A DNA stretch of 64,000 bases from Paraspadella gotoi (Eukaryota; Animalia; Chaetognatha). The stretch covers positions 3,093,812 to 3,157,811 of the forward strand of contig CM119266.1 of NCBI GenBank assembly GCA_051294375.1, read 5' to 3'. The notes beneath the pieces were generated by a model that was not told the origin of the DNA, made no database searches, and saw nothing but the letters and a program-made list of their open reading frames with translations. This document shows, piece by piece, positions 63,226-64,000 of this stretch. The first letter of the stretch is position 1, and each line of letters starts with the position of its first letter. A program made the position numbers and the translations under genes.

Positions 63226-64000
63226 TACACAACACAAACAAACCGTAAATCCATCAATCTACCATATGTCTTGGAGGGGATTTCTCCCCGCCCGTGGATA
63301 AGGCAAGAGGCTTCAAACAGTATTCCCCGTAAAATAATAGTGGTAGGCACATTCCCCAAAACAAGAGAGAAAAAAGACTCAGTTTCCGTGAACAGAAAGA
63401 GGTGTGTCAGTTGAAACTGGTCCCGTATAGCAGTCAACTGTCGCCTTATTGGAAGGGCTTCGTCATACTGTATAGATGGCGTCTTTCTTATCGATGCTCG
63501 TCCCATATTGGAAGTACCTCTTTGCAATCTTGCAATTGAGGATTGGCAATGCGAATTTCTCGCATTGAGGATTGGCTAAAAAGCGCGTTTCTTGAAAAAT
63601 ATAATAGTTGCGGCGAAATGAAAGACGTGTCGGTATCAAAATGTGGTAGGGACTGAGCAGAGAGAAGAGAGATGAAGAGAGAGAGAGAGAGAGAGGAGAG
63701 AGAGTTTTGAGAGGAGATTGAGAGAGATGTAGAGAGATTTGAGATTGATGATGAGAGAGAGAGAGGAGAAAAGTCAGTATCTTCATTCACACGAATTTTT
63801 CTTTTTTTTTTTTTTTTTTTTTTTCTTTTCTTTCTTTGTTTTTTCCTTTCTGTGTTTTTTCTCTTCATTTTACTTAGAGTTGTCTTCTTCGATAACTTAT
63901 AAACTTTAGTGTTTTTTTTATATCTCAATATAAAATTCTTCAATATTTTTCTTTTCCTTCTCTTTTTTATTTTGACTTATTTTAATAATATATAAATATT

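Noticed and set aside
63222-63600. C-type-lectin-like reading (YDEAL…LTAIRDQ)
   Set aside because: Conserved Cys and WIGL motifs are missing, and the region has internal short duplications and looks error-rich.

Overview
Eukaryotic (most likely invertebrate animal) genomic DNA: AT-rich, very dense in microsatellites ((GA)n, (GAC/GTC)n, (AAT)n, (CAT)n), with GT-AG spliceosomal introns. There are no prokaryotic operons, rRNA genes or CRISPR arrays. It is a draft assembly with about 12 N-gaps, many exactly 25 N. Several indel-rich direct and inverted duplications next to gaps look like uncorrected long-read or fold-back artefacts, so most ORFs in the supplied track are spurious. Best-supported content: (1) two tandem paralogous two-exon genes (4062-4839; 4998-9464) for secreted/anchored proteins with an unassigned, possibly discoidin/galactose-binding-like domain; (2) a 3053-bp hAT-type element (TAG..CTA TIRs, 8-bp TSD GTGTCCAC) in the second gene's intron, carrying a decayed DD41D Tc1/mariner transposase; (3) a six-exon signal peptide-EGF-fibrinogen-domain gene (36224-40692) reconstructed by hand; (4) the first exon of an M17-type aminopeptidase (55523-55765); (5) a dispersed ~250-290 bp repeat with LTR-like TGTAG..CTACA ends and an internal tRNA-like Pol III promoter. 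Protein family calls come from motif recognition by eye, not database searches.
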